A stretch of 63,595 nucleotides of DNA, counting the filler, from Octopus bimaculoides (lineage: Eukaryota): the NCBI RefSeq assembly GCF_001194135.2. It is 6 parts of 4 records of this genome, joined end to end, with 100 filler letters (N's around TTAATTAATTAA, not from the genome) between each part and the next. Parts side by side here need not be neighbours in the genome. Positions count along the whole stretch, not along the records: positions 1 to 13,753 come from NC_068991.1; positions 13,854 to 22,259 come from NC_068986.1; 4 more parts are not named here. One strand, written 5' to 3'. Below are positions 1 to 14,267 of this stretch, piece after piece. The number at the start of each line of letters is the position of its first letter. The stretch's first letter is position 1. The notes under the pieces are model-generated. The model saw only the letters and a program-made list of their open reading frames with translations. It ran no database searches and was not told the DNA's origin. The position numbers and the translations under genes are program-made.

Positions 1-45
<45 letters not shown>

Positions 46-1349
46 ATATATGTGTGTATATATATGTGTGTGTGTGTATATATATTTATACACACACACA
101 CACACACACATACGCATATGTGTGAAGGTGCGTGACTTAGTGGTTATGGCATTCCGCTCACGGTAATAAGGTTCTGAGTTCAATTCTCGCCGACGCGTTG
201 TGTCCTTGAGCAAGACGCTTTATATCACGTTTCTCCAGTCCACTCAGCTGGCAAAAATGTGTAGTCCCTCATTTCAAAGGGTCAGCCTTTTCACACACAC
301 ACACACACTCACACACACACATAAACATATCTTTTAGTAAATGCTTAGCCTGTTACCATGTAATTATCACGTTACTAAGCGAAGGTTGTGAAGTCTTAAA
401 TAACCGAAATATTAGATAACTTTGATAAATAGCATACAGTAAAAGAAAAGCACGCTGCAGCTGATGACCTCAGCTGGTTTCGTATTCCTGTTTGTAAACT
501 AATAAACCTATCAACGCTGCTCATCAATTTAAAGATGCATGAGTTTCCCATAAACCCATTTAAGTATTTCATTGCGTAGCTATGGCGTATGTAAAACATT
601 CATTATCATTTTGCTTTTAATTTGCATCTTTCTACAAATGAGTCAGGGCTATTTCACATTGAGAGCAGCAACAACGAGTGTATTATACGTATTTCGCATT
701 CCTTAAAATAATAATCGACACTTTCCAGCAGAATACACACACATGGATGCGCGCGCACGCACACACATACGCACACACTGACACACACACACGCATACAC
801 GACTATACGTATATACATATTTACATATGTATATATATATATATATATATATGTCAATGTGTGTATATACAGGTGTATTTTTGTTGTATACATGTATGTA
901 TATATGAATAAACAAGAAGAATGTTAAACATTAACATACAGCTAGAATAGTTTCAAATGCACTTCTCAGCTCACATATTTTGTAACTACAGGAAACCAAT
1001 CTGGATTTCCTTTGATGTCTCAAAGGAAAACACAACAAGCTAGATTTGGTCTGCAGACCTTACACACACGTATGTATGTATTATGCATGAGCGTATATAT
1101 ATTTAAGCTGAGTCAACAATTTGTAATGATTGTAGGTGAACACCCTCTAATTTTCTACACCGACTTAATCGCCCATTGAACTCATTGCTTTAAGTTGTTG
1201 ATTTTCTTAAGCAACCTTAAATCTTTGATAAACATCTTTCTCAAGAATACTTCTCACTGTTTTCTCCATGTTAGTGCTATGATTCTGTTGAACGTAGTAT
1301 TCTTTCCCCATACGTGATCATATAACAAATGATAAAATCTGATGATTAC

Positions 1350-1592
1350 CTTCATAATTAACCTGTCCGTCACCATCGACGTCTGCTTCTTGTATCATCT
1401 CATCGACTTCCTCGTCTGTTAATTTCTCTCCAAGAGAAGTCATTACTTGGCGCAGCTCAGCCGAATCGATGTAACCGCTGCCGTCTTTGTCGAAAACTTT
1501 AAAGGCTTCCCGGATTTCCTCCTCACTGTCTGTGTCTTTCATTTTCTTGGCCATCATTTGCACAAATTCCTGGAAATCAATAGTACCATTAC
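1350..1592 (-). CDS. Calmodulin-like protein, exon encoding about residues 60-141 (end of EF2, EF3, EF4)
   Basis: Minus-strand translation (G)[80 protein letters not shown]. Acceptor ttttcag at 1594-1593, donor GTAATC at 1349. 243 nt, phase 1-1, joins in frame to 11367-11510. Confidence 0.95.
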
Positions 1593-4500
1593 CTGAAAAT
1601 AAACAAGTAAGATCTAAAGTTTTCGTCCATTTTTATCGATTGATTTATTTATTGAAAACTTCAGTCTAGGCTCTAGTTACTTTTCGTCTGGGGAAGTATT
1701 TTAGTAGACATATCGTGTTTCCAAAACCTGATCTAGTTCAAGAGTTATATTTTGAAGGTTATAGTTCATCTCATGCAAATCGGTTTAGCTTTTCTCTAGA
1801 ATTTTATATCAGACCTTTCTATTAAATATAAAATTATTCCCGGGAACTGATATTTTATATAAGATTATTTAGATTTACTGGTTGATATAATTTTACATTT
1901 AATCATGCAAAATTATAGATTTGATTTCTTTAATGTCTCTTGTCGGCATAACGATATTCTAGTGAATTTCACGGCGGATGTGTTTGGTATTTTAGCTTAT
2001 ATGAGAGACTCTTTAATAAATTCTGACATTCTAGAATTCTGCGGACACATCTTAATAAATGAAAGTTTAATGAACGAAATAAATGATACAAGTATAAATA
2101 TATTTCAGTATTGAAGACATAAATATTGTTTAAATTATAGTATTATGTTACAGAAATCACGTAAATTTGCAAAATATGATTCAGTATATTCAATTAAGTT
2201 CAGTTAAACCACATTTGTACTTTTATCCAATATATAGAACATTCAGAAATATGGATACGAAGAAGAAGTGCAATGCTTAAAGTGCAGGGAAAATAATTTA
2301 TCCAGTTTCCAGTTTAATTAAAATTAATTCGTTTGACCATGCTGGAGAAAGTCGTTGGTTATATTATAGCTTACACGAACCCTTTGAGCCCGTAACACAT
2401 GTTCACCGGTGGATGGCTTATTTTTCTCTATACCGTAGCACCGGTGGAGTGCAAGGTATATGGTAAAATAAGGTTCAGAAGGTCAGTGCTCAAAGGGTTA
2501 AGGCGGCGAGCTGGCAGAATCGCTAGCATGCCGGAAAAAATGTTTAGCGGCATTTCCTCCGACATTACTTTCCGAGGTCGACTTTGCTTTTCATTCTTTC
2601 GGGACGATAAAATAAATACCAGCTGAGCACTGGGATCGATGCAATCAACTATGCCTGTACAGCATCCCTAATTTCAGACCTTACACCTACGGAAGAAAAT
2701 AGTATAATAGCTTGCACTTTATAATATTTGATTCCATAAAATAGGACGGTGAGCTGGCAGAGTCTGTATCGCGCCAGACAAAATACATAACGGCATTTCT
2801 CTCAAATTTACGCCCTGAGTTCGAAGGTTGCCGGGGCCGACTTTGCTTTTCATCCTTTCGGAATTCATAAAATAAATAACAGTAGTGCATTGAAAGTCGA
2901 TTTAAACAACCTACCTACATCCTCCCCCAAAATTGCTAGCCTTGTGTTAAAATTAGACACCATCATTTTATTCCATATATGTAATTAAGACTTATATTTC
3001 TTACAGTTCTAATAACACGGATAATTTAACAGTAACTTACGTTATATGGTTACCTTAATTGCTATTCACACAAGATCTTTGACATTAATTCCAGCCACTA
3101 TAACTCTAGAAGTGAAAAAAGAAGTCTATCACACAGGTTACAGTTATAACCAATCCTGCGGGCCTCTGTTCAAGTTTCGCTTATCTAACTTAATGTTACC
3201 GAGCTGAGATCAACATGTGGCAATAACAAGAAATACTTTTCCAAAATCCCAAATAGCCAAGGTGCCACACGAGGTACACTAAATTCCAAACGACGTGATT
3301 GTGAAGCGAAATTCTTAAGCATGGAATATTGGGGCTATTTGTTTGGTCATAAATAATACACACAACAATATTAAGGTGCTAACCGTAAAATTCAAACGAA
3401 CACGAACAGCAGCAAAACTTTATTTACAATTCAGAGGCAGGCAAGAGAAATACAAGGCAACATTACTTTTCAGGAAATTTGCAATATTTCCTCAGATCAT
3501 GCAGTTACTATGGGAGTTTTCAGCTACGACACGGAATATTTCTGGGAATAGTTTGAAATTTATCTGCAGTTGCATTGCTTGGTGCCCACCCATACCCCTC
3601 GCTAGACAAACACATGGCTATACAAATATGTTTGTATGCGTGTGTATGTATACATGCCTATGTATATATGAGTATGTTTATGTACACGAGTTTATTATAA
3701 CTAGAAAATCGATATTCCCTGTTATTTCTTTTGAAAACATTCTGAGGTGCTAAAATACATTATATATTATAGAAACTGTGTGAAGATTTCTCGTTAGGGG
3801 ATTTTACTTTAGTTCTTTCAGTCTTATAACACATATAATGTCTTTTAAGTATTTTACTTAATATCATTCTCCCTCGCCATTTTCCTCACTTCTCTCTCAA
3901 ATACTGCTTCTCTGTATTTTGTTATTTTTTTTTGCCTTCGTCTCAAAGGGTTTCAATAACTGGGTCTAGTATTGTATGCATTTATGATGATAAATGTATC
4001 TTATATTACTTAAAGAATATATATATACGCACACAGTATATTTTACATTACATAAATGTTTTATGTACATATGTGTGTGTGTATGAGTGCGTGTATACGT
4101 TCGTATATCCACACAATCATATGTATGCATGTATGTATGTATAAATGAATCTATTTATTCTGGATAAAGTATTCAGTCGGAAGACCGAAAAGGTGAAACT
4201 AAAGTCAGCAAATACTTTATTCGGACCGAATCAATATTTTTGTATTATTCAACAAATCAACAGACAGCACTAAGTTTGTTTGTAGCTAAACACAATGACA
4301 GTTATATGTACACACACAGACACACACACACGTACACACACACACACACATACACATACACACACACACATATTACATAAATATATGTACACACACATGA
4401 GTGTGTATGTGTGTCTATATGTATTTGTTAGAAATGCGTCGAATCTGCTATATGTTTATTCATATGTAAGGTGAACTGATTTTATATTCCGAACTATGGC

Positions 4501-5594
4501 TTCCCCGAATCAGTGTTTCAGTCGACATTGCTCCTTAGGTTATTGAGAAGATATGACTCTAATTGCAATTAATGGTTTCAATATCAACTGTCATTTCTCA
4601 TGTGTTAAAAATGTCAGCAATTATATTCCTCTAAATGAAGTTGGACATATGTCAGTAGGTAGAGTAATTAGTCCACGTTCTATAGAATGGTTTGAACACA
4701 AGGACAAACAAAATCGAATTTCTCTCTAGACAATAGTGTTTGTATTTTGATCTAATCCTAAATACCGGAAACGTATCTGACGCTGTTCTCATACTGCATG
4801 TGGCCTAGATTTTAGGTTTAGATATCCAAATAAGCTTCGACAGCAAGTGCGGGAATATTACTGCAGCATGCAATAACTTAGTCTAACCAATTACGACTTG
4901 CAATACTCTTCACGTTCGAAATTATATATCGGCTTTCACCACTCTACGTCTGCATTGTGATTCTTTTAAGATTACTGACATGTTACTTTCCGTCGATCCA
5001 GGTCATCTTTGTATTATTCTTCATGAAAAGCTGATGAAAAGTGTGGCGGTTCGGGAAATAATTTCTGATTAAGGAATAGAAATATTTTGAAGAATATTTA
5101 TTTCTATGTTAATGTTGTTTATTAGGTTATAACATATAATATTTCTCTTCATCATATATTCAGGAAGGTCGCCAGTTGTTGGACGGTAATAGATTCTGAT
5201 GTCAAAGGTTACTTCATCAGGAGATAATATACTTATCCTCTTCCTGAATCTTATTACTTCATGTCTGATGATATTCTGTGAGAGGATAGACTGATTGTGG
5301 ATTATATAAAGCTAGCAGGAATATAAAGGCTAGAGACCCAAATTTAGACGTTATGCATTGCAATCGTCATTATAGTCTGATAAATCTTGATTCAGACAAA
5401 AGTTAGGTTTGTCATGAGTACAGTAGGTATGAAACTGCATGGAACTTAAGCAATCGTTCTGTATCTTAAGTATCATATAAAGATCACATCTAAGTCTCCT
5501 ATGAAATGAGTTCATGTGTTGAAAATTACGATAACCATATACACACACACAGACATACACAGACACAGACATAGACATACAGACACACAGACTC

Positions 5595-5653
<59 letters not shown>

Positions 5654-5783
5654 TACATATATAATTATGTGTATTCATGCGTACATTATGCGAAAAACAG
5701 GCATACAAATGCGCATACATACACGTAAGCACACGCAGAAACAAAAGCACAGGCACACATACAGAGGCACAAACGCACACACA

Positions 5784-5829
<46 letters not shown>

Positions 5830-7082
5830 ATTATATGTATGATGTATATATGTGTGCATGCTCATACCTGTGTGTACATTTATATATAAAACCTATATAC
5901 GTACATATGAAGTGTATAGTGTTGGAAAAAAAGTATATGGTCAGTTAATGAGTTCAGCACTGAAATTTCTAGAATTCGTATACATTCCTTTCTTATAAAA
6001 GACAGATTGGACATTAAACTGCAGTAGTCGCATACAAAAATATATCTGCAATAAAACCACTTCACAACCGAACACGTTTAATATATTCAAGCAAAATCTA
6101 CATTTTACTAAAATAGCATATCAAGAATAAATCAGACATTAATCAATATCGAATATACTAATATAAGAAACAGCCAGAATAATAAAGCAATTTTAGTAGG
6201 AAAATAACGACTGCTAGACATACTGCAGACTCTGAATAAGTTTTGTACCGTCCAGAAAGTATGTTATTGAGACTGGGAGCGCTTTAGCTATAGGAAAGGT
6301 GAATGTTTACTAAAAACTGTAGTTGCGATTAAAAAGTATGCCATGAGACAGAGAGGGTGCTTTTTCGCAATCACCTCATCTTACTGGAAATAGCAACCAA
6401 ATTTCTTTCAGGTTATAACCTGTCGCGTAAGAAAGTAGGTCAGATAGGATAATGTGGAGAGCAGCACATTATAAATGAAGAAAGAATGGATAGTTAGGGT
6501 TAGATTAAAGGTGTGCACAATCAGAGAGGATATAGTGCTAAGCAATACCACCGGCGCCACCAACAACATCACAATGATGAGTCATTGAGTTGGCCTCTAT
6601 GTGAACCACGCAACCCACTTGACATAGAAGCCAAATATCCCTCAAAACATGTGTTAACTTCTTTGAAAAAAAAAGAGACGGAGGATATGTAATCTTTGAA
6701 AAGCTATCCGAAAAGATGGATGGTATTTGCAACAATGTCTTTGATCACAAGACTGCTCGAAGTGGGTTCTTCTTGAGAGAAATGACATTACGATAACCAC
6801 CACCACCACCACCACCACCACAGCCACCACCAGCACCGCCACTGTGATCCCCCCCACACCATCAGCAACAACATGACAATCAAAGTCCAGTAAGAGAGCT
6901 TCTAGGAAATTTCTCATTGTTTTTTAATTCTTGAGTGTGCAAGAATGACCAGTGCCCTTGGCCTTTGCAGGTCTTCTCTGACCAGAAACTTTGATAACAT
7001 TAATGTTCCTCTCGATCCTTTGTACGTTAACGCCTGCGGGAAAGGCATATGCAGGGAATGAATTTTAAAAACCATTGAGTGC

Positions 7083-7288
7083 TGAACACTACGCAGCATG
7101 AACACTACGCCGCATGAACACTACGCCGCATGAACACTACGCAGCATGAACACTACGCAGCATGAACACTACGCCGCATGAACACTACTCCGCATGAACA
7201 CTACGCAGCATGAACACTACGCAGCATGAACACTACGCAGCATGAACACTACGCCGCATGAACACTACGCCGCTTGAACACTACGCAG
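7083..7288 (+). repeat. 16-bp minisatellite (TGAACACTACGC[A/C]GCA) x about 13
   Basis: Directly visible tandem array with A/C variation at one position. Confidence 0.95.
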
Positions 7289-8154
7289 GATGTAAAGCAC
7301 TGCAATGCAGGTGCTAATATATATGGTGAAGTCAGCCTCGCATTGAAATAGTAAACGTTGTAGGTAAAACACAGGTTCTCTTTAAGGGACAAAAATTTCA
7401 GCCTTTGTTAATACCTCAAAATACAAATTTCACAAATTGTGTGTATCTTATAAATACTATCAGTTATTATTCTCTTTGTGGACTACAAAGAGTAACTGAT
7501 CTCTGATGAAGTTTTAACACACTGAAATTAATCCAAACAATATTTTTCTGGCAATAGATAAGAAATCCCCTGGTGTCTACTTTTTGAAAGTGAGGCTGAA
7601 TATTTACTATACATTTCGTGCAGCTTCTATAGGTCATCGGTAATTCCATTAATTAATTAAATCATAGTGCCAACGCTAAAATTGTTCCACAGATTTGAAG
7701 AACCCCCCCCCCCAAAAAAAAAGACACAATGTTTTCTTGGTGTTAAGTCACAGCAGTGACGTAGCACTCCGCAACAGCGTAAACATTCCTGTATGAGAAA
7801 GTAATATGGCCTGGGCAGCTACTGGACAGGAACGATTGAAACATTTCTGATGAGGTGTTAACAAATATTGAAACCAGAAATATCGAACTCTTTTATTGGT
7901 CAGATACAGAAAAGCCCGGGGTTTCATAGTTGTCTCCTCTTTTTAACAGTGAAGCTAAATAGGTATTTACTAAAAACACACGCGCGTGTGTTTACATTCT
8001 TAACCTGTTGTACTTCTTTGAATTAATCAGGACATCCATAAAGTAATTACACGTATAAACATATTTGCGTTGGCGTATACATATGTGTGTATAAGCAATA
8101 TTGTATAGACATACGTATAAATGAAATTACATGCATAAATACACCCCCACCATA

Positions 8155-8196
<42 letters not shown>

Positions 8197-8879
8197 TGGG
8201 GGCGGGCCTTACACGAGTAAGCGTGTGTTTACGTGTGTGTGTGCGAGTATGTGTGTATGCAATTGAGTTTGTAAGCTATATCATTTTAGTGATTGGGGAA
8301 TGAGATTAAATAGTAAATATGCATCTATATTTTCTGAAAAGACACACACACACAAACACAGACGGGCGCACGCACACACACACACACAAACACAGACGGG
8401 CGCACGCACACTCACATACACACGCATACACACACACACATACATAATATCACACAGGATATCATTGCAAACACCCATATATCAAAAGGCATTAATTTTA
8501 TTGTCGTTCAGCCGACCGATTCGTACTTTTCACATCAATCTAAGTTTATATAGTCATCTCTCTTAAATGAGATATAATTACCCATCGTCTTATATTAAAC
8601 TCTTAACCTCCCGAACGTGCTTCTTTGAAATTCACGAAAAAGTCATCAATTCGCCTCTGTGTAAGAAAGACAGTAAGTTACGTGCTTATATCTCCCTTTC
8701 ATGATTGACTTTTTTTTTATTTTCTTCTGTTTTAATATTTTGATCATTATTAATATTTACCTAGGAATACAGTATGGTAGCCTGTATTGTATGTATGTAT
8801 GTATGTGTGTATGTGTGTGCGTGTGCATATGTATATGTGAATATATATATATATATATATANNNNNNNNNNATCTTGGA

Positions 8880-9230
8880 CATAGGTGCAAGAGTGACTGT
8901 GCTTACCAATCACATGGTTCTGGGTTCAGTCCCACTGCGTGGCACCTTGGGAAGTGTCTTCTACTATAGCCTCGGACCGACCAAAGCCTTGTGAGTGTAT
9001 TTGGTGGACGGAAACTGAAAGAAGCCTGTCGTATGTTTGTGTCTGTGTGTTTGTTCCCCCAACATCGCTTGACAACCGATGCTGGTGTGTTTACGTCTCC
9101 GGCAAAAGAGACCGATAGAATAAGTACTCGGCTTACAAAGAATAAATCCTGGGGTCGATTTGATTCGACTAAAGGCTGTGTTCCAGCATGGCCGCAGTCA
9201 AATGACTGAGATAAGTAAAAGAGTAAAGAG
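8880..9230 (+). mobile_element. SINE family B (tRNA-like head ..aaccacatggtt..gggttcagtcccactgcgtggcaccttggg..)
   Basis: Recurs at 21760-22100 and 63340-63475, with partial copies at about 11020-11200 and 52590-52850. Confidence 0.8.
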
Positions 9231-11366
9231 TATAGAGTCACCCAAGGTTTCATATCCACAAAGCCGCCATATATGTATTCTCATTGGACTTCATTTATTA
9301 ATATATATATGTATATNNNNNNNNNNNNNNNNNNNNNNNNNNNNNNNNNNNNNNNNNNNNNNNNNNNNNNNNNNNNNNNNNNNNNNNNNNNNNNNNNNNN
9401 NNNNNNNNNNNNNNNNNNNNNNNNNNNNNNNNNNNNNNNNNNNNNNNNNNNNNNNNNNNNNNNNNNNNNNNNNNNNNNNNNNNNNNNNNNNNNNNNNNNN
9501 NNNNNNNNNNNNNNNNNNNNNNNNNNNNNNNNNNNNNNNNNNNNNNNNNNNNNNNNNNNNNNNNNNNNNNNNNNNNNNNNNNNNNNNNNNNNNNNNNNNN
9601 NNNNNNNNNNNNNNNNNNNNNNNNNNNNNNNNNNNNNNNNNNNNNNNNNNNNNNNNNNNNNNNNNNNNNNNNNNNNNNNNNNNNNNNNNNNNNNNNNNNN
9701 NNNNNNNNNNNNNNNNNNNNNNNNNNNNNNNNNNNNNNNNNNNNNNNNNNNNNNNNNNNNNNNNNNNNNNNNNNNNNNNNNNNNNNNNNNNNNNNNNNNN
9801 NNNNNNNNNNNNNNNNNNNNNNNNNNNNNNNNNNNNNNNNNNNNNNNNNNNNNNNNNNNNNNNNNNNNNNNNNNNNNNNNNNNNATATGTGTATGTTTGT
9901 ATGTGCGAAAGTATGTATGCATAAGTGGTTATGAAGCTCTGATTCTAACACAGTGGAATCATTTTCAGTATCATCGTACAGTGCCTTTTGAGAATGTTTG
10001 CTATTATCGCCCTGGGCCGACCAATGCCTGGTGAGATAATTTGGTAGACAGAAAATGTATGGAAGTGCGTCTTGTATGTATGTATGTATGTATGTATGTA
10101 TTTGTGTATGTGTGTGTGTGTGTGTTGTGTGTGTGTGTGTGCGTGTGTGTGTGTGTATATAGTGGAAATTTATAGAAAAATCAAAAGACGAAGATAGGTT
10201 TAGGAACAAGCAAGTGTATTAGATTGACGCTCGGAATAAATGGAAAGATGTTTTTAAGTTTCGAGCCTACGCACTTCGACAGAAAAGAATAAGTGAGAGA
10301 ATGAAAAAAAAAATAAAACGTGTAGAGTTCAGTGGTCCAACATAGCGAATATGTGTATATATATACATATATACATACATACATATATTAAATAAGAGCG
10401 CAAATAAGTTAAAGGTTCCGTAAAGATGTTTCAGACACATTTCTTTTTATAAATAATTCGACTAAATCATGAAGAAAGCGGGTTTTTTTAACGATATAAT
10501 CAAATTATTCTTGAATAAAAATGCGTTTGAAACAGCTGTAGTGAACTTTTAACTCATTTCTGTTCTTATTTTATGTAAACATCATTCCTCGAACCTTCCC
10601 TATGTTAAGTCTGGAACTTACATTGGGTCGTGAAATTGCATGCTAGTGTGCATGAGTGTATAATTTCATGTACATGTAAATGTATACGTATGTGTATGTG
10701 TGTGTGTGTTTATGTGTGTATGCATTTGTTTGTGTGTATGTACATATTTCTGTAAGTGTACGAATATGTCTCTATATGCATGGGCAGGTAGGGGTTTTGT
10801 TTGTGTATGGTATATACACTGATGTGAAGATCTCGAACCTCGTTTGGGATCCTTAATATTAAAATACCTTGATTTAAATGAATACTACAAATAATTAGTT
10901 ACACACACACAAGCACATACACACAGGAACACACGCACACACATTCACAGACAAACACATGCAACAAACACACAAACACACTCACACACGCACGCATATT
11001 TGATATGTCCTTACTCCTAACTAGTGTTGGTTAGTTTTACGTTCACGTAACTTAGCGGTTTGGCAAAAAATAATGGTAGAATAAGTAATAGACTTAAATT
11101 TAAAAATGTAGAAAACCTGGGTCGATTCGTTCAACTAAACCCTTCAGAATGGTGCTCCAGCATGGCTGCAGTCCAATGACTAACAAGTAAACGGTAAGAG
11201 ATACAAGATATAATTGTAGTCGGTACTTGTCACATTATATCGTGATTATATTTGTAAGTTACATAATACTGCACTGTATAGTTTTTGTTTTCGTTACTTC
11301 GGTGTAGTCTCTCATATCGAATTAAATGCTATTCTGTTGAAAGGATAGAATGCAGCGAAATCTTAC

Positions 11367-11510
11367 CATCTCCATCTACCTCATTAATCATGTCTTCAAG
11401 TTCCTGTTGAGACGGATTCTGTCCAAGAGATCGCATAACAGTTCCAAGTTCTTTGCAACTGATGGTGCCATCACCGTCTTTGTCAAACAATGAGAAGGCC
11501 TCTTTGAATT
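11367..11510 (-). CDS. Calmodulin-like protein, exon encoding about residues 12-60 (EF1 and start of EF2)
   Basis: Translation (E)[47 protein letters not shown](G). Acceptor ttttgtag, donor GTAAGA. 144 nt, matching the canonical calmodulin exon size. Absent from the ORF track. Confidence 0.95.
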
Positions 11511-12076
11511 CTACAAAAGATTAAAAAAAAAATGAAATAGAAAAGCAAAATTATAAGAGGAAAAACGATAATGTTTCAATAGATTTAGAATAGAGGAAAA
11601 CTGACTATAAAAATCAATGAAACAATTCAAGTGATTTATTTCAAATTTTAACGCTCACGCTTCTACAGACAGACACACATACTTATATATGCATGTAATT
11701 ATTCTCCACTAGTTAACAATTTTACATCGCAATCATGAGGCTTCGGGTTCGATCGTACACACACATTGTGGCTCCTTGAACTAGTGCTTTTTGTCATAAT
11801 CCTACTTAGACCCAAACTGTGTAAATGAATTGGGGTACATGATCTTTAGGTTTAATTTATATGAATAAAATTTTCCTATTTAATTCTGCCTGAGGATTTC
11901 GTTAAGAGTACACGTGCTTGTGGGATATTCAGCCAGTTATTTGATGTCAATGTAGTTCCGTTGATTCAACAACCGGAATGTTCTTCGTCGAGATCGATGG
12001 CTCTTCCATTGACAAAATGCACGCATAGACTAGATATACGCACATACATACGAACATACAAATATATGCATGCATT

Positions 12077-12165
<89 letters not shown>

Positions 12166-12294
12166 ATACACGCCTGTTCTGTAGGAACTAAAGTCGGCAG
12201 CAGCATCTAAGAATAAAGAAGCTTAGCATTAAATAGAATAATTGCTACGGTGAACCAGTAAACTAGGCAGCTAAGCACACACAGACAGACACAG

Positions 12295-12343
<49 letters not shown>

Positions 12344-12513
12344 CGCACCCACGCATGCACACGCACATATACATGTAGGCATAATTCATATATACGTACA
12401 TGTTCACTGAGATACTGTCATACATATATACATACAGGCACATGCAAATACTTATGTGTGTGTGTGTGTGTGTGTATATACATATGTATACATATATATA
12501 TACATACACACAC

Positions 12514-12546
<33 letters not shown>

Positions 12547-13489
12547 GATAAATAGATAAATGTATTTATGTATGTGTAAATATGTATGTATGTTTAGTTT
12601 ACTAGTTCACCGTAGAAAGTGTTGCATTTATTAAGCTTCTTTATACTCTCATGCTACTGTCGCTTTTAGTTCGTAAAGTGCAATAGTGCACTTCCTTTGT
12701 TAATATTCTTTTCGGTCAGACAAACATTCAGTCTTAGTACACGGCTTTTATCGAAAAGATATGGTTTCTGTGTTACTGAGTTGGTGGGACATAATTATGG
12801 CCGCTTTTCTGGAATAATCTGACAGTTAAAAATGAATGGCCTTAAGAAGTGATTTATCAAGTTAACGAGTGGTTTTGGTGATGTACTGAAACGTCTGTTA
12901 TAATCCAGCAAATTTCGTTCTATGGTAAAAGATGTTCTGTTTATAAAGCTCCGGTCATTTTTCAAACAGAATGTATCAAGTAATTACACCGAGGAAGAAG
13001 CATATTAGCCATTTAAAGACACACAAAGACTTAACTTCACTTAAACATTTATTGGCTGATGCCAAACATTTTGTCGTACCAACAGCGACAAGGTCACTGA
13101 TGCGGTTCCACAACTTGTAGTAACATAACATGAAACTCATTCTTCGTTTTCTAAGACCGTAGTGTGAGTTTAGAAAGCAATTGGTCGCTGCTTCTATAAG
13201 ATCGATCGACTGCTTAGAGGGTCCAAGGTTGTTGCTGTTTCGCCCCAAGTCAACAAACCCACAATCAAATACAGTTCATGATTACATATCAAATACAAAC
13301 TATGATTGCCCCGTTATTTTTATGCAAAGGAATGCATTATCCAATGTGTTCCGCCATTAAAAAAAATATTCATTATAGATTTGGCAGCTATTCCTATCAG
13401 ATAGATTGCTGACTTAAAACAACAATCATTGATTCGACGTGTGGGTTATTGAAACTGGTTGTCATCACGAGAAGAGATAATATTACGAA

Positions 13490-13705
13490 AGGCTGCAAGC
13501 TGGTAGAATCGTTAGGACGCCGGGCGAAATACTTCGCAGTATTTCGTCTGCCGTTACGTTCTGAGTTCAAATTCCACCGGGGTCGACTTCGCTTTTCATC
13601 CTTTCGGGGTCGATAAATTAATTACCAGTTGCGTACTGAGGTCGATCTCATCTACTGGCCCCCTCCTCTAAAATTTCGGGCCTTGTGCCTAGAGTAGAAA
13701 AGAAT
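13490..13705 (+). mobile_element. SINE family A (aggcggcgagctggcagaatcgttag..ttctgagttcaaattccgccgaggtcgactttg..), representative copy
   Basis: Recurs about 15 times. Plus strand: 2500-2680, 2745-2960, 33400-34545 (tandem cluster), 36340-36535, 50305-50520, 52255-52560, 54080-54285. Minus strand: 42690-42900, 51615-51790, 58410-58625. Confidence 0.8.
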
Positions 13706-13853
13706 ATATATTTGGAAGAAGGCGGCGAGCTGGCAGTAACGTTATCACGCCCGNNNNNNNNNNNNNNNNNNNNNNNNNNNNNNNNNNNNNNNNNNNNTTA
13801 ATTAATTAANNNNNNNNNNNNNNNNNNNNNNNNNNNNNNNNNNNNNNNNNNNN

Positions 13854-13892
<39 letters not shown>

Positions 13893-14068
13893 AGTGTTAC
13901 TTTCACATGTGGTTGCATTTATAAAATAGGTTGCCCTTATGTGTGTGTGTGTGTGAGTATATATATATATATATATAAACACGCACATACACACACACAC
14001 ACATATATATATATCTATATACATACATACATACAAATATATATGTGTGTGTGTGTGTGTGTGTATAC

Positions 14069-14118
<50 letters not shown>

Positions 14119-14162
14119 GCACATATACAGCCACGCAAAAATATACACACAAACACACACAC

Positions 14163-14267
14163 CTCTGACTCGTCTTGGTGAAACCCATCTGGGTTGCGCG
14201 GGTCGCCTGGAGGAGGTGTCGAGTTCTAGAATTTTATTGATTGTAGATCTACTCAATTGCACGTGAC
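14163..14267 (-). CDS. Candidate upstream exon of the calmodulin-like gene (unverified)
   Basis: Strong pyrimidine tract plus CAG acceptor (tttttgttgttctttaacccag) and donor G|GTGTGT. 105 nt, phase 1-1, open in the frame that joins EFKEAF: (G)HVQLSRSTINKILELDTSSRRPAQPRWVSPRRVR. No homology recognised. Confidence 0.3.

Noticed and set aside
1318-1349. Read-through C-terminus [11 protein letters not shown] of the calmodulin ORF
   Set aside because: A GT donor sits at the conserved calmodulin intron position. The real last exon (EFVxMM..) was not found in 1-1349 and probably lies left of the window.
4960-5280. Short open frames with acceptor-like sites on both strands (e.g. NIIRHEVIRF..PEYMMKR)
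   Set aside because: No recognisable homology, early stops, and no phase-consistent partner exons.
7083-7288. Regular repeat array as a possible CRISPR
   Set aside because: No unique spacers, eukaryotic context, no cas genes.
7846-7890. CTGATGA...GAAAC hammerhead-like spacing
   Set aside because: Stem II is mostly wobble pairs, and there is no stem III or NUH triplet.
9160-10209. Long ORFs of 150-440 aa in the ORF track (also 15938-16778, 17371-18216, 19174-20572, 22304-23079, 50639-51430, 56475-57048)
   Set aside because: They are open only because they span N gaps and dinucleotide repeats.
13798-13809. TTAATTAATTAA block embedded in Ns, repeated at 22304, 49824, 55460 and 61440
   Set aside because: An identical motif always flanked by similar-length N runs is a scaffolding filler, not biology.
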